DNA of 64,000 nucleotides, taken from contig NC_058368.1 of the NCBI RefSeq assembly GCF_018350175.1, positions 27,406,001-27,470,000 on the forward strand, written 5' to 3'. The translations under genes were made by a program, and so were the position numbers. The notes beneath the pieces are model-generated. The model was not told the DNA's origin and ran no database searches. It worked only from the letters and a program-made list of their open reading frames with translations. Source of the stretch: Felis catus (lineage: Eukaryota). Below are positions 11,868 through 24,766 of this stretch, in pieces. Each line of letters opens with the position of its first letter. Within the stretch, counting starts at the first letter, position 1.

Positions 11868-12098
11868 ACGGTTATTTATTTATTTTGAAAGAGCGAGAGC
11901 ATGCACGCCTGTGGATGAGCGGGAGAGGGGCAGAGAGAGAGAGAGAGAGAGAGAGAGAAGGGAACGAGAGGATCCCAAGCAGGCTCGGTGCTGTCCGTGC
12001 AGAGCCCCACGCGGGGCTCGAACTCAGGAACCGTGAGGTCATGACCTGCGTGGAAATCAGGACTTGGACCCTTCACCGTCTGGGCCACCCAGGCGCCC
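11868..12098 (-). mobile_element. Can-SINE, older subfamily
   Basis: (GA)n tract and body ending ccacccaggcgcccc, about 330 bp downstream of the ENOX1 exon. Confidence 0.9.
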
Positions 12099-13334
12099 CA
12101 CCACCTGAGAACTTTTAAGTTAAAAGCACGCCAGCAGATTTCCAGAAGCATGGTGAGCTTGTTTGCAAGCTCGGTGTACGTGTAAACTCTGGGTTGGTTT
12201 CACTTCTTTTGGATCATCCTTAAGGTCTAGTCAGGTTTCATGAACACACTGTACATACTTAAGACACGTTTATTGCTGGAAAAGATGAAGTTCCAGAATG
12301 GGGGGTACGGGCAACTTCAAAAACAGGCTGGTATCTATGCCTTTGTGAAGGGTGCCAGACCTCAGCCTCATGCACTGAAGTTAAAGATGTGTCTGTGGGA
12401 ACTGTCAGGAAGAGACAGGAGCTGTGGGGCGTTGGAGGAAGGAGAAGGAACTTGGACTGCTGGGATGAGGGCTTGAGGGGAGGGGAGGCCTCAGCAGTCG
12501 GGAAATAGAACCAAAGACTCATAGCCGGATTGATATCTGAAAGCATCACTTAACGGCGTTTGAGCCTTCGAGGCTCTTGTAATGATACAGCATAAATTGT
12601 CATCACACACGGTATTTTATATCACCCCTCTGAACGTACAAACCTAACCACTCTTTTCTGGGGGAAAAAAATGTGTTTTTATTTAAACAAGGGGAATGGA
12701 AATAGAATGATGGGACACTAAAATGTAGAGTAAGAAGAATATTGTTTTAATGCCCCTATCCATATGGACTGCTCTCCAAGCTCAGGAGCATGGATTGCCT
12801 ACAAAAGTGTCTTAATGATTAGAGGTAACTGCTACAGAAACATTAGCCAAGCAGGGAAAAATAATTGAGAGGAAAGGATTATAAAAAAAAAAAAAAAAAG
12901 ATGTACAGATTGGGATAGAAGCAAGTTAATGACCAACTCACAGAAATTATGTCTTAAATATCTCCTGCCATTTTAAAGCGGTTTTTGAGTCTTGGCTTTG
13001 AGTCCTAACTGGTTGGTGTTCACAGTGTGTGTTAGACAAATCAGTGCGATTCAGAGGTCAGAGCCAGCCAGGAAAATGTCATTACAGTTGCCGCTCAGGT
13101 CCCCGCACTTGGAAATTGGTGTAACAGCTGCTGTGCGAGGCTCCCGGGGTTGTCCATATGCCCCAACATGGGCTGTGTGTCGGCGCCCCTGCCGGGAGGA
13201 GAGTCTGTCTGTCAATTTCCCCAAAGACCATGAGGCCAGACCCAGGCCACAGTTACCATCTCATGCCTCATGCAGTGGGCCCACTTTTCCTCCAGTAAAG
13301 ATTACCCCAGTTGCTTGAAAAGTTGACGGAACTG

Positions 13335-13460
13335 GGGACGCCTAGGTGGCGCAGTCGGTTAAGTGTCCAACTTCGGCCCAGGTCATGATCTCATGGTCCA
13401 TGTGTTCAAGTCCTGCATCAGGCTCTGTTCTGACAGCTCAGAGCCTGGAGCCTGCTTCTG

Positions 13461-13509
<49 letters not shown>

Positions 13510-13568
13510 GCCTCTTTCCCACTCATGCTCTCTCTCTCAAAAATAAATAAACATTAAATTTTTTTTTT
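13335..13568 (+). mobile_element. Can-SINE
   Basis: Head, long (CT)n, AATAAA. TSD aagttga(c/t)ggaac differs by one CpG-type transition. Confidence 0.93.
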
Positions 13569-13835
13569 AAGTTGATGGAACGGTTAAGGCAATCAGAGAT
13601 TCAAATATGAAGGAAATCTGAGGAGGTGAGGGTGAGCTCGGCCGTCGGGGAGAAGGATGCCCGGGAGTCAGCATCAGGGACTGCGAAGCTGCAGCCCCTT
13701 GAGAGAGGTGTTTGGTTATTGTGGCTTCTCACCCATTTGCAGAATTTCCTTGTCAGTAGGAAATGTACTTTAAAATAGTTTTGTTTTGTGGGATTTGGTT
13801 TTGGTTTTGGTACGATTTGCTTTAGATAGCAGAAA

Positions 13836-14055
13836 TTTTTTTTTAATTTTTTAATGTTTATTGAGAGAGAGAGAGAGAGAGAGAGAACAAGTGGGGGAGG
13901 GGAAGAGAGAGAGGGAGAGAGAGAGAGAATCCCAAGCAGGCTTTGTACTGTCAGCACCAAGCCCAACGTGGGGCTTGAACTCGCGAACGCGAGAACACAA
14001 TCTAGGCTGAGCCCAGGAGTTGGATGCTTAACCGACTGAGCCACCCAGATGCCCC
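13836..14055 (-). mobile_element. Can-SINE inserted at the edge of the MaLR LTR
   Basis: Reverse-complement element with TSD atagcagaaat on both sides. Confidence 0.92.
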
Positions 14056-14057
14056 AA

Positions 14058-14465
14058 ATAGCAGAAATGTATTGTCTCATGGTTCTAGAGGTTAGAAGTG
14101 CAAGATCAAGGTGTCAGCAGGAGAGGTTCCTTCTGAGGGCTGTGAGGGAGAATCTATTCCAGAACTTCCCCAAACTTCTGGTGGTTTCCCTACAATCCTT
14201 GGTGTTCCGTGCCTTGTAGAAGCATCACCCTAATCTCTGCCTTCATCTTCATATAGCATCCTCCCTGTGTGTATCAGTGTCCAAATTTCTGCTTTTGATA
14301 ATGATACAATTTGTATAGGACTGAGGGGCCCATGCTATTCCACTATGACCTCATCTTACCGAATCATACCTCTAATGACTCTGTTTCCAAATGCCATTTT
14401 CTGAGGTACAGGGGGCTAAGGTTTCAACATATAAATTTTGAATGGAAACAATTCAATCATTAATA
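14058..14465 (-). mobile_element. MaLR solo LTR remnant (MLT1B/C/D-like)
   Basis: cagaaatgtattgtctcatggttctagagg...aagatcaaggtgtcagcagg...tgacctcatctt...ttctgaggtacagggggctaaggtttcaacatataaattttg...acaattcaatcataa matches recalled MLT1 features. Confidence 0.8.
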
Positions 14466-14480
14466 GACACATGGTAGCTA

Positions 14481-14625
14481 TATTATATATAGATATAGAT
14501 ATATATATAGATATATATATATACACATACACATATACATACATATATATATATACCCATGTATATATATATATGTACATATATATGTATACATGTGTGT
14601 ATATATATATATGTACACACATATA

Positions 14626-14641
<16 letters not shown>
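14481..14641. repeat. (TA)-rich compound microsatellite
   Basis: Directly visible, at the tail of the short SINE. Confidence 0.93.
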
Positions 14642-14656
<15 letters not shown>

Positions 14657-14773
14657 AAGTAGGCTTCACACCCAGGTGGAGCCCAACGTGGGGCTTGAAC
14701 TCATGACCCTGAGATCAAGACCTGAGCTGAGATCGAGTCAGATGCTTAACCAACTGAGCCACCCCGGCGCCCC
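14642..14773 (-). mobile_element. Short Can-SINE lacking the (CT)n segment
   Basis: poly-T followed directly by the tRNA-derived body ending gagccaccccggcgcccc. Confidence 0.85.
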
Positions 14774-15744
14774 TAGATAAATACGTATTTGTTGAACGTA
14801 AGAGTAATGGACAAGAGTACAGGGACAAGAACTACCATGGAACCTGTGGGGAACTCTGGATCATTCGGGATTCTTGGACCATAAATAGCAAGGCAGACGG
14901 TGGGAGCTGACATCCTGCAAGTATTCATAGCTCTTACTAGCACATGGGAAGCGCTCACTCAGTGGCAGTGGCTATGACTTTAATTTTCAGTGGTTATTAG
15001 GTAGATGTGTGGCAGTCTCTGTGGCAACACGTCTTTAATACAGAGTTCCAAAATATGTGTGCTCTTTAAGAGTCAACCTCTACCTTAACATCATTTTGCA
15101 TAAGTTACCACAACTTGCTAATTTGAGCCCTACCGCAAAGAATTCTGCTGATTTTAAAATTTACTCAGTCTGCCCCCTCTCCACTTTATTAATTAGAAAA
15201 TCATGATCTCACGGGCAAGTCAACAGCTGAAGGAGAGGTTAGCCTCCCACATGCCGTTGTGTTAGCGGTTGATCTACGGGAAATTATTTCTGTAACAAAC
15301 AGAAGAAAATAAAGTCTTAACAGCCTCAGACCTAGCATACCATTTTTAGAAATGCCCTCAAGTTTAGCGAAGCAGTTTTACCCTTTCTTCTTTTAATCCC
15401 TTAAAGATATTTTCACCGACATTATAGTTTCTCTTACGTTCATGGAGAAAACATCATGGGCAGGGGTCCTAAGGCTGAAAACCCTTGGGTGACTTTGGTT
15501 GTTTCTGAGTCTACCCCCGACATTACGTGTGAGTCACGATTTAATATTAGAGACTTCACACAAAAGGAAATAATAGTTTGTATCCATGGTAACACCGTAC
15601 CCTTTACCTGATCTTAAGCTGGCAGTGAAGTTAACTTGTCTCTGCCATAAGAGTAGTGAGCTGGTTGGCTTTCATTTGTATTTTTAAGTATACAAGGAAA
15701 GAATGTACCTATCGCAAACTCTCATTTATCTTCCAGTTATCCCT

Positions 15745-16495
15745 GAATTTATCGAGGCAAAATTTACATACAATAAAAATACTCTCTTTAGGGCTACAGT
15801 TCTATGAGTTTTGACAAATCGATAGATACACTCATGTGACCAAGACCACAATCAATATAGGATTGTCCTGTCACCCTCCAGAAATTCCTTTGTGTTTCTT
15901 TTTAGTCAACCCAACTCCGAGCAACCACAGATCTTTTTTTTCTACCCGTCAGAGTTTTGCATTTTCCAGAGTGTCATATAAGTAGAATTGCATAGAATGC
16001 AACCGTTGAGTCTCGCTTCTTTCAGTTAGCGTAATGAATTTGAGATTCCTCCCTGTTGCTGTATATATCAAGAGTTCATTCCTCTTTATGCTGGATAGTA
16101 TCCCAATGTAAGGAAGAGCTATAATTTGTTCATTTGGTCACCAGCTAACAGACATTTGGATGGTTTCCTCTTTGGGGCTAATATGAACAAATGTGCTGGC
16201 AACATTCACTTACAGACTTTTTGTTGGGACGTAAGTTTTCATTTCAGTTGGGTAAAAACCTAGGACTAGGATTGCTAGTTCATATGGTAAGTGTGTTTAA
16301 CTAAGAAACTGCTGGAATGTTGCCCAAAGTGTCTATACCATCATGCATTCCCATGGGATGCAGGAGAATTCCAGTTGTTTCGTGTCCTTGTCGGTCAGCA
16401 CGTGATATGATCAGCCTGTTTTGTTTCACTTGTCTTTTTTTAGCCCCTATATATAGTAAGTGTAGAATGGCATCTCATTCCGGTTTTAATCACAC
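15745..16495 (-). mobile_element. Old L1 (L1MB/L1MC-like) 3' end
   Basis: tttatcgaggcaaaatttacatacaataaaa...acagttctatgagttttgacaaat...ggattgctagttcatatggtaagtgtgtttaac...catctcattccggttttaat. Confidence 0.8.
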
Positions 16496-19455
16496 TTGAA
16501 TTTAAGCAATACTTGTATTTTCATTCATGAGGATAGGTCAATATGTCGTAATTTTAAATAACCAATTTAAAAATCAATTCCTTTCGAAGCCTTGTGTAAA
16601 TCATATTGACAGGACTGCTAAATATTCACATAACAACAGGATCCCATTATAAGCTGCTGATCGTAAAACTGTGTGTGACTGATGATGATTATGTCAGAAG
16701 GGTCCCTCGTAAATACTTTGAGCCAATGCTTTTTAATAGTGTTAGCAAATGTCATCTGAAGACCAACTGCCTTTAGGCCAGTAAACCATTGGCCCATGTA
16801 GAGCAGTGGCTTTCTAACAGTCTTGGCTTGACATTAGTAAAGACCAAGGCTGGCTGTCTTGACAACTTTGAGCAAGACAGGACAAAATTTGGGATAAGAG
16901 GATTATCATGATCAACAGCATCTTAGAAATTAAGTAACAAGCGTTTTCCCCCCTGGGCTTAAAAGGGAACATATGTATGGTTTTTCTGTATCTGTCTTAC
17001 AAAACCTCACCAATCTAGACCAATTTTACAGAAGGAGACAGACAAATATAATACTGCTATTTCCCTGAAACATACAGCAACCCCAGCTAGTTTTGCCAAA
17101 GGTTGGTCAAGCGTTGGTCTTTGGGATAGATATTAAGAAAGAAATGAAAGTGTGTTGAAATGACATCAGCGAGTGCGTCTGACCACTTAAGCATCTCTTC
17201 TGAAATCTTCTCTAAAACCGTTCAATTGCTTAGTAAGTACTTTTTAGAAGAGATAATGAAAAGTGTGTGCTCATTTCCTCTCCCAAGTTCACGTGCAGTG
17301 AAGTGTCACGTGTTCCTGTCAAAGCCAGGATGATCATCACGGCAGCAGGATTGTGCCGTAGGTCGTGTTTCTGACCATCAGAAATTTCAGGGAAAGACAG
17401 GCGAAGTGAGCTGTATCCAGGAAAATTTTTAGAGGCTTTAAAAAAATTTTTTTCTGGAAAATAAAAAACCTGCCCCTTAAAAATTATAAGAATCCTCGAA
17501 AGCCCATCAGGCCCATTGCTTCCAGTGAACTTCAAACGGTGTTTCTGTGAACAACTTGGGAGAGGTTCTATAGGTAAAGAACACAGACAGATGTAGCAGG
17601 ACTTTGCAACAGGAGTTTCTCTGTTTCCTTGATAATTTTCCACTTTTGTTTTCTGTTTTTATTTTCTTTCTGAAATGCCCACCAGTCAGATAATGGACCT
17701 TCCTAGGCTCATGCTATGTGTGTATTATCGTTCTTCTCATGTTATCTGTTTAAACCGTGCCTTTTATCCTTTCCTCTGAAGTTTCTATTTGATCATCAGG
17801 TTATTTTATTTCCAAATGTTCTTTTTCTTCTTCGATTACTGTCTTTTCATGCAAATTTTTTTTTTTTTTTTTTTTTTTTTGGTTTCAGTATCTTCTCAGA
17901 TCTCTTTGAGAATACTAATTAGAACGCTCAAAATTCTTTTTGTTCCTGAGTCGTTTCTATTTATTCCAGGATTGGGTGTTTGCTTTTGTGTCTCAATCTG
18001 TCTCTTGGCTGCTACAGGTTCCTTTTCGCGGGGTGATGTTCGCTGGGGTGCTTCTCTCTGGGAGGGAAGGGATTACTGCCCCAGGAGCTATGGGGGCGGG
18101 TCTGCTGGCTGCTGTGTCCAGCTCTCTTCCGCTCTCCTCCCAGGCCAAGTCTCCTCCCACACAGTGGGGCACTCACTGCTCACCACCAGGCTTCACTTTC
18201 GGGACAGTTGGGGATCCCACAGATGCCAGAATCTCCCATACCTGAGAATTCCCTGGAACTCCCGTCCCATTCTCTTTGCTCTTTTAAGTTTATTCACTGA
18301 CAGCCATCTTAATTGAGTTTCTGGAGGAAGAAAACCCAAAAAGCAGATAAACATGTACTGTGTCTGACATCTTGAACAAGAACGTGTTTCAGGGGCTTTT
18401 AACCTTAATCCAGTCCTCGAATGAATTCTTGATTAACGTGCGGGCCAGTGAAGGAGGCAGGAGAAGAGTGTCGCAAATGATTCTGGCTGTCCAGAAATCC
18501 ATAGGGAAAGGAAGGACAGCAAGCACATTGTATAGACGTCTAAGAGGAAAGGACATGGGGACTGAAGGCAGCATGTTTTAGAGTAAAGACAGCTGCTTCA
18601 GGATTGGGAGGCAGATGCACAAATTAGAAGGGTTTTAGGGTGAAGGAAAGGAAGGCATGTAGTCAGGAGAAGGCGACATGAAGAGGCTGAAATCTGTAAT
18701 AATGCTAGAGAAATGGTTAACTTTTTGTCCACTCTGCTTTGGTTGTTTGCCCTAGAAGAGTAGAAGAGGCAGGGAATTGCGGGGGCAGGGGGGGGGGGCG
18801 GGAATGCTAATGGTGTGGAGGGGGCAAGCCTCAGCTCAAATGGATGCGCACAGAGTAGAGGAATAAAAGCTGTTCCAGGTGGAAGGTGGGAAGGATGTGC
18901 AGAGGTCACGGAAGACACAGTGGGGAGAACAGTTCTTCTAATGTAGTTACAAAAAATAAGGAAAACGACACAAACACATAGAAGAATAAGGAAATGGAAA
19001 AAGACATTTTTCTAAAGGAAGAAATTCAACATTCTTGTAAATGACAAATTACATTTTAAGAGCTTTTGTGAAATATTTAGGTAAATGAACTAAGGATTGA
19101 TTAGTTTGGAATTTAAGTTGCAATGTATTGTGAGGATTTCCTTCTAAGTAGGGTTCATGAACCTCAAAAATGACAGTTAGAAGGAAGAAATCACACATAC
19201 ATCACGATCTGGCTGTGTACTCATTCTGGAAGAAGCACATAACAACATTATCATAATATCTTTAATATATGAAGCATCAGTACAGAAAATAATTCAGTAT
19301 CACTGGACAGGGCAAGAAAATCGCATTATTTAAAAAAAAAAAGAAAAAAGAAAATCACATTATTACAGTGTAGAGAAAGAGGCTTTCTTTTAGACTTTCA
19401 TGTGTAATTAGTAAAACCTTTAATCTTAAAAAGTTCAAAAAATATGTGTGTGCAT

Positions 19456-19460
<5 letters not shown>

Positions 19461-19496
<36 letters not shown>
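19461..19496. repeat. (CA)n microsatellite
   Basis: Directly visible. Confidence 0.95.
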
Positions 19497-19497
<1 letters not shown>

Positions 19498-19667
19498 CTG
19501 GAATCTATACAAGGTAAGGGCAGCGGAGACACAGCCTGTGTTTATTTGATTCTATTTCAACTTCCTAAACGATGTTTTTTTTTTCTTTCTGAATAGAAAA
19601 CAATGCATAAGACATGGCCCACATTCACATTAAAAGTCTTTCACCTCTGACTAGAATAAGAAAACTT

Positions 19668-20058
19668 AGGGGCACCTGGGTGACTCAGTTGGTTAAGCGT
19701 CCAACTTCAGCTCAGATTTTGTGCTGACAGCCCAGAGCCTGGAGCCTGCTTCAGATTCTGTGTCTCCCTCTCTCTCTACCTCTCCCCCGCTCGTGCTCTG
19801 ACTCTCTCTCTCAAAAATAAATAAACATTGGGGTGCCTGGGTGGCTCAGTTGGTTAAACATCTGACTTTGGCTCAGGTCATGATCTCACGGTTCATGGGT
19901 TCGAGCCCCACATTGGGCTCTGTGCTGTGAGCCCAGAGCCTGGAGTCTGCTTCAGATTCTGAGTCTCCCTCTCACTCTGCCCCTCCCCTGCTCATGCTCT
20001 GTCTCTGTCTCTCGGACTCTCTCTCTCTCAAAAATAAGTAAAGCATTAAAAAAAAAAG
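19668..20058 (+). mobile_element. Head-to-tail Can-SINE pair (19668-19829 internally deleted; 19830-20058 full)
   Basis: Two SINE heads. The first lacks the segment between ctcag and tgtgctgacag; the second starts immediately after aataaacatt. Confidence 0.9.
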
Positions 20059-21204
20059 AATAAACTTAAGAAACATACACATCTCTCAGATGATGTGGCT
20101 TTACAAAGTTTTGAGGACCGGACATAATGGTTCACCACAGCCATATTTGGGGTCCATTATTGTCTTCCTTTCTTTTTACTTAACTATCCCAGAGTTTATA
20201 GTTTCATTTTGTACCCATTCCTCAGCCAGGTACCTTGGGGTGACGCATTGTAATAGCAGCCCGTGAGACACTGATGATAATCCTCATTCATAACTCACTG
20301 GCACCTTTCATTAGGCGGTTAAGTCATTTGGAGAGTTCCCGCTGGCGGCGTGTGTATTTTCTAACATTTGCAGGCCGTATCCTGGCACATCCGAAGAGGG
20401 TACGTATCCCACTTGGGTGTGAGACTCCTGGAGTGTTGTTAGGTACATTTGGAACCAGAAATAGAAACCGATTCTCCGATTCTTGGCCCAGCACCTTCCA
20501 TCACGAAGCCCTACCGGTTTGAAATGATCATACCTGACACGTGCACAGGGGTCTGGAAGTTTTAAAAGCACATTCCCGTTTGACTGGGGGCAAGATACAA
20601 AAATTAAAAGCAAAGATAAGGGAGAGGAAACCACCCCAAGTTTGTTTTTTGGGGTGGTTTTTTTTTGTTTTTTGGGGGGTTTTTTTTAGCAGTTTCACAC
20701 AAGGTTGGGTCCCAGGGTATCCTGCTGTTTTCTTTGGACCGAGACCATAAGATGAGGAGATAAGCTAGCCGAGCCATGCCAAGCTCTTGCACCAGGAAAT
20801 AAAAACACTGAACCAGCAGAAGGAAAAGCTGGCTCCAGCCTGACTCTTTTCTGTACAACTTTGCATCAGTCAGCCCCTCGGAACCTCAGGTGCTTCATGG
20901 GGACCGTGGGTGCTGCCGCGGGTCTGTTGGAATAAAATGAGATCATGTATGTGAACGCATTTGGGATGGCTATTTTACAAAGTGTGATCGCCCCATTTCT
21001 AGCGAAAATGTGAAGAATTGTAGAGGGTTAAGGGAAGACCCAGGATGTGCAGGGCACGTCTGGACACATCCGAGTTTCCTAACAGCAGGGTGGCCTTGCT
21101 CCCACACCCCTTCTCTGAGAGGGCCCCTCCCCACGGTTAATTCACGTCAGTATACTCAGTGCTCACAGTTCAGGAGCATTTGAATTGCCAGTGCTTATCT
21201 CAGT

Positions 21205-21320
21205 GTCTCAGGGAGGAAACTGAGACCTAGACATGTCAAGTGACTCGTCCAGAGTATAGCCTGTTCCTGGCAGAGTCAAAGTGCCAACCCAGGTCCGTCT
21301 GACCACAGCCCCCATGTTCG
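21205..21320 (-). mobile_element. MIR remnant
   Basis: gaggaaactgagacctagacatgtcaagtgactcgtccagag...aacccaggtccgtctgac. Confidence 0.7.
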
Positions 21321-22751
21321 GTCTGTTACTCCAGAACCTTCTACAGTATATTCTAGAAGTGGCGCTCCAGAACTGCAGTGGTCAGGGGAGCCGAAGACCA
21401 GTGGGCTGTGCCCTTGCTGTGCTTGTTGATTGCTAGCGATATTACTGGCAAGAACCCGCTGCCTGTTTTCTGCCTCTGCCACAGCCCCTCATTTGGGCTT
21501 CGCATCAGCAGAGTCAGAGCTGGCAAAAAGAAAATAACAAACATGCGGCTGTTATTTCTTAAATTTGAACTGCAAAAATAAATCTCTTCACTTCGCGGAA
21601 GGGAAAAAGAAGCCCTAATAAAACTTAACTATGGGAGGCTTCATCTCATAATTAGTTATCCAGCTCTTCCATTAATTAATGTGATCATCAAATGCATCCT
21701 CATTAGTAATCATCCCTTCTAAAAATAATGAGGCTAGCAGAGAAATCGATGTAGGAGCCGGGGGTAGAAATAATGGCATTGCCCTGCAGACCATTAAAAT
21801 CGTTTGGCTTCTACCTTGTAACTGCTTTTCCCCAACATCTGCAACGGGAGATACTGCATCTGCAGCCTTTCCCAGGATAAAGCAACTCCCCTTTTCCCAA
21901 CACTGTCAGCTGCAGTCCTTGGATGACCTTTGAACGACCCTCCCTTCCACCACCTCTTTTGGAAATTGCCTCCTGACTTCAAGGCCATATCACATCAAGA
22001 GTGCCAGATTTATAGTGAAATGGATCTTTTCTTAAACGTAGTAAATCAAAATGGGCTTTTGCGGCAGACACATGCTGGCCTTTCGCTCTGTTTGACCGTT
22101 GTCGTCTCTCCCCGCCAGCCACCGACGCTAAAATGAATCCTTGTGGTCTGGCCTTGACTTCTTTTCTCTGTAGTCCGCCAACACAAAGAAGCGGCCTCGT
22201 CCCCGTGGCGCCCCGAACTCGGGCCAGCACACACTGCCGCCTGTATACAGCAGGTGACCCGCTCCCGGGCAAGTTGGCGTAATTATCCGGCTCTCAAATT
22301 GGGCCCCACTGGGAGAGAGCCATGCCCCAAGGCTTTCTCCATGCAGCTAGTTAGGAGAGGAAACATACGGGCTGCAAGACCAGCCCATCTCCTCCTTGGA
22401 AATGAGCATGAGCCCAGTGGAGAGGAAAGGGGAGAACTGTAGTAGAAGCAACAATGTAACGTGCAAACAAAGAAGCAAGGAGACTGAGTCAGAGGGAAAA
22501 ATTCCTCTTTATCTGAGAGGAGAATAAAGAGCGAGGAAGACAAACGTGGGGGGGCATTCCCATTTTTCTGGGTCTAGGTTTGTCATTCTAATTTTTGTTT
22601 TATTTTCCTTTTCCCAAAAGAATATACACTCAATGCAGAAAACTTGGAAACATAAAAGAAGCATCTACAGGAGACAGAAATCGCTCCTAGTTTCACCACC
22701 CGGATACTGCCCTTTTTAACATTTACGTTTCTCCTACGTTCTTTCTCTCTA

Positions 22752-22772
22752 ATGCATGCCCATGCATGCACA

Positions 22773-22821
<49 letters not shown>
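22752..22821. repeat. Alternating purine-pyrimidine tract ending in (CA)n
   Basis: atgcatgcacacgcatgcgcgcacacaca... Confidence 0.9.
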
Positions 22822-22824
<3 letters not shown>

Positions 22825-24308
22825 GTTAATCCTTTCCCAAAACTGACCGGTGGAATAGCCACATTGAGTCAGTCCGCCTTTCTGGAATTGTAACCAAAGT
22901 GTGAAATTGGGAATTCAGTTCCAAGATGCTAGATGGTTAGTTAAAGACTATGTTTTCTCCTCTGTTTAACAAAGCACCCCGAATAGTCATCAAGGGAAAC
23001 GTAAACAAAGTTAGTGCCCAATCTGGCCCTCACTTTATAGACCACCCATTTCATTCAGTCGATCTCTGGAAAGACCCTGCCTCCTGAATTGCTTGTTTTG
23101 TGCACACTCCTCGGTTGGGTACTGATCTCTGTTTCAGTGCTTTCTGGGTGTCTCTGTGCCTGCCTCCTCTCTCTGTCTCTCTCTTCCTCCCTACCTCCAT
23201 CTTTCTCTCTGTCTCTGTCTCACAACACACACTTAGGAAACAGCCACGACACCTTTATTTTCTGGCCGTACTGGGAAGATAGAAAAGGAGACAGTATATT
23301 CGAACTCGGCTGTAGGTCTCCGAGAAAGGGGTGCTACAGGTAGTGCTTGAGAGCAGAGTGACTTTTCAAAGCTTTATTATCACTTTCCTTCTCCTTCCTT
23401 CTGTTCTCTCAATTTATTCTGCCGTCCTCCCCCGTGCATACACGCTCCACCTTTCATGTCCTCCTCCACCACCGCCACCTTAATCCGTCTTAAGCCGGGT
23501 ATTACTCAGGTATTCCAGTCAGAGGAGTTCCATTAGCAAGCTCGGGGACTCTCATTCGCCGTATTAGAGGTGTGTGTTTTCACCCGTGATTTACATTCTT
23601 CCCTGAGTAAGTCCTTTCCTGAGCCAGTGCGTGACAGTCTGTGATCATTCACACACAGAGGTTACTCTGCAGGTTTGTCCTTCACTAATTCTCTGGGCAC
23701 CTTGTCTTCTTTCCTCCTGGGTGGGTATTTCGCCGCCCGTGGTTTGTAGTTCTTAAATTGTGCGACTCACAATTGATTTCAGGAGGGTTTTGGTAATGAC
23801 CTCTAACTGTAAAGTCCATAAAAAAAAGCTATAGTGCTGAGTTTCTCTTTACAATATAATCTTCCCCCCAGTAATCCTCCCGTTTATCATGTGGGGGGAA
23901 GGAAAAGAGGGGGTTATAATGTAGTCTCACTACTCCACATCTGAGCATATGAGCTCAGATTGATTTCAGAGAACCACCAGGTCATTGAAGGGCACTCCCA
24001 GGTCTCACCCTGCCCCTATAGGCCCTCGGGTCCTAGACGATTAGGCTGGTCTTTGCAGTCAGCTTTTCTGTCCAGCTGGTGACGGACCTGCTTCCTTTTA
24101 AGTCCACAGTCTGCTGGCCATTTCTCATGAAAAACCCATGCTTTGTTTTGTCTGTGGGGTCCACGCACAGTAAAACAGCAAGGTAGAATGAGATGATAAT
24201 GGGAATTCTGCTTTACGTACAAAATCTGGACTGGATATGGGCTCGGTTTTACCAAGGTTGTTACAGCCAGACAACCACAAAATACAGAATATTAAAACCA
24301 GGAAGGGT

Positions 24309-24766
24309 GGGGCGCCTGGGTGGCCCAGTCGGTTGAGCATCCGACTTTGACTCAGATCATGATCTCACGGTTTGTGAGTTCAAGCCCCACGATGGGCTCT
24401 TTGCTGACAGCTCGGAGCTTGGAGCCTGCTTCAGATTCTGTGTCTCCCTCTCTCTGCCCCTCCCTCTCTCTATTCCTCTCTTTCTCTCTCTCTCTCTCAA
24501 AAAATAAACATTAAAAATTAAAAAAACCGGGGCGCCTGGGTGGCGCAGTCGGTTAGGCGTCCGACTTCAGCCAGGTCACGATCTTGCGGTCCGCGAGTTC
24601 GAGCCCCGCGTCGGGCTCTGGGCTGATGGCTCGGAGCCTGGAGCCTGCTTCCGATTCTGTGTTTCCCTCTCTCTCTGCCCCTCCCCCGTTCATGCTGTGT
24701 CTCTCTCTGTCTCAAAAATAAATAAACGTTAAAAAAAAAAAATTAAAAAAAAAAATTAAAAAAAAC
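24309..24766 (+). mobile_element. Nested Can-SINEs: older copy 24309-~24527 with a young SINEC_Fc (24529-~24766) in its A-tail
   Basis: Outer TSD caggaagggtg flanks both elements; the inner element is bracketed by aaaaattaaaaaaa(a)c repeats. Confidence 0.92.
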
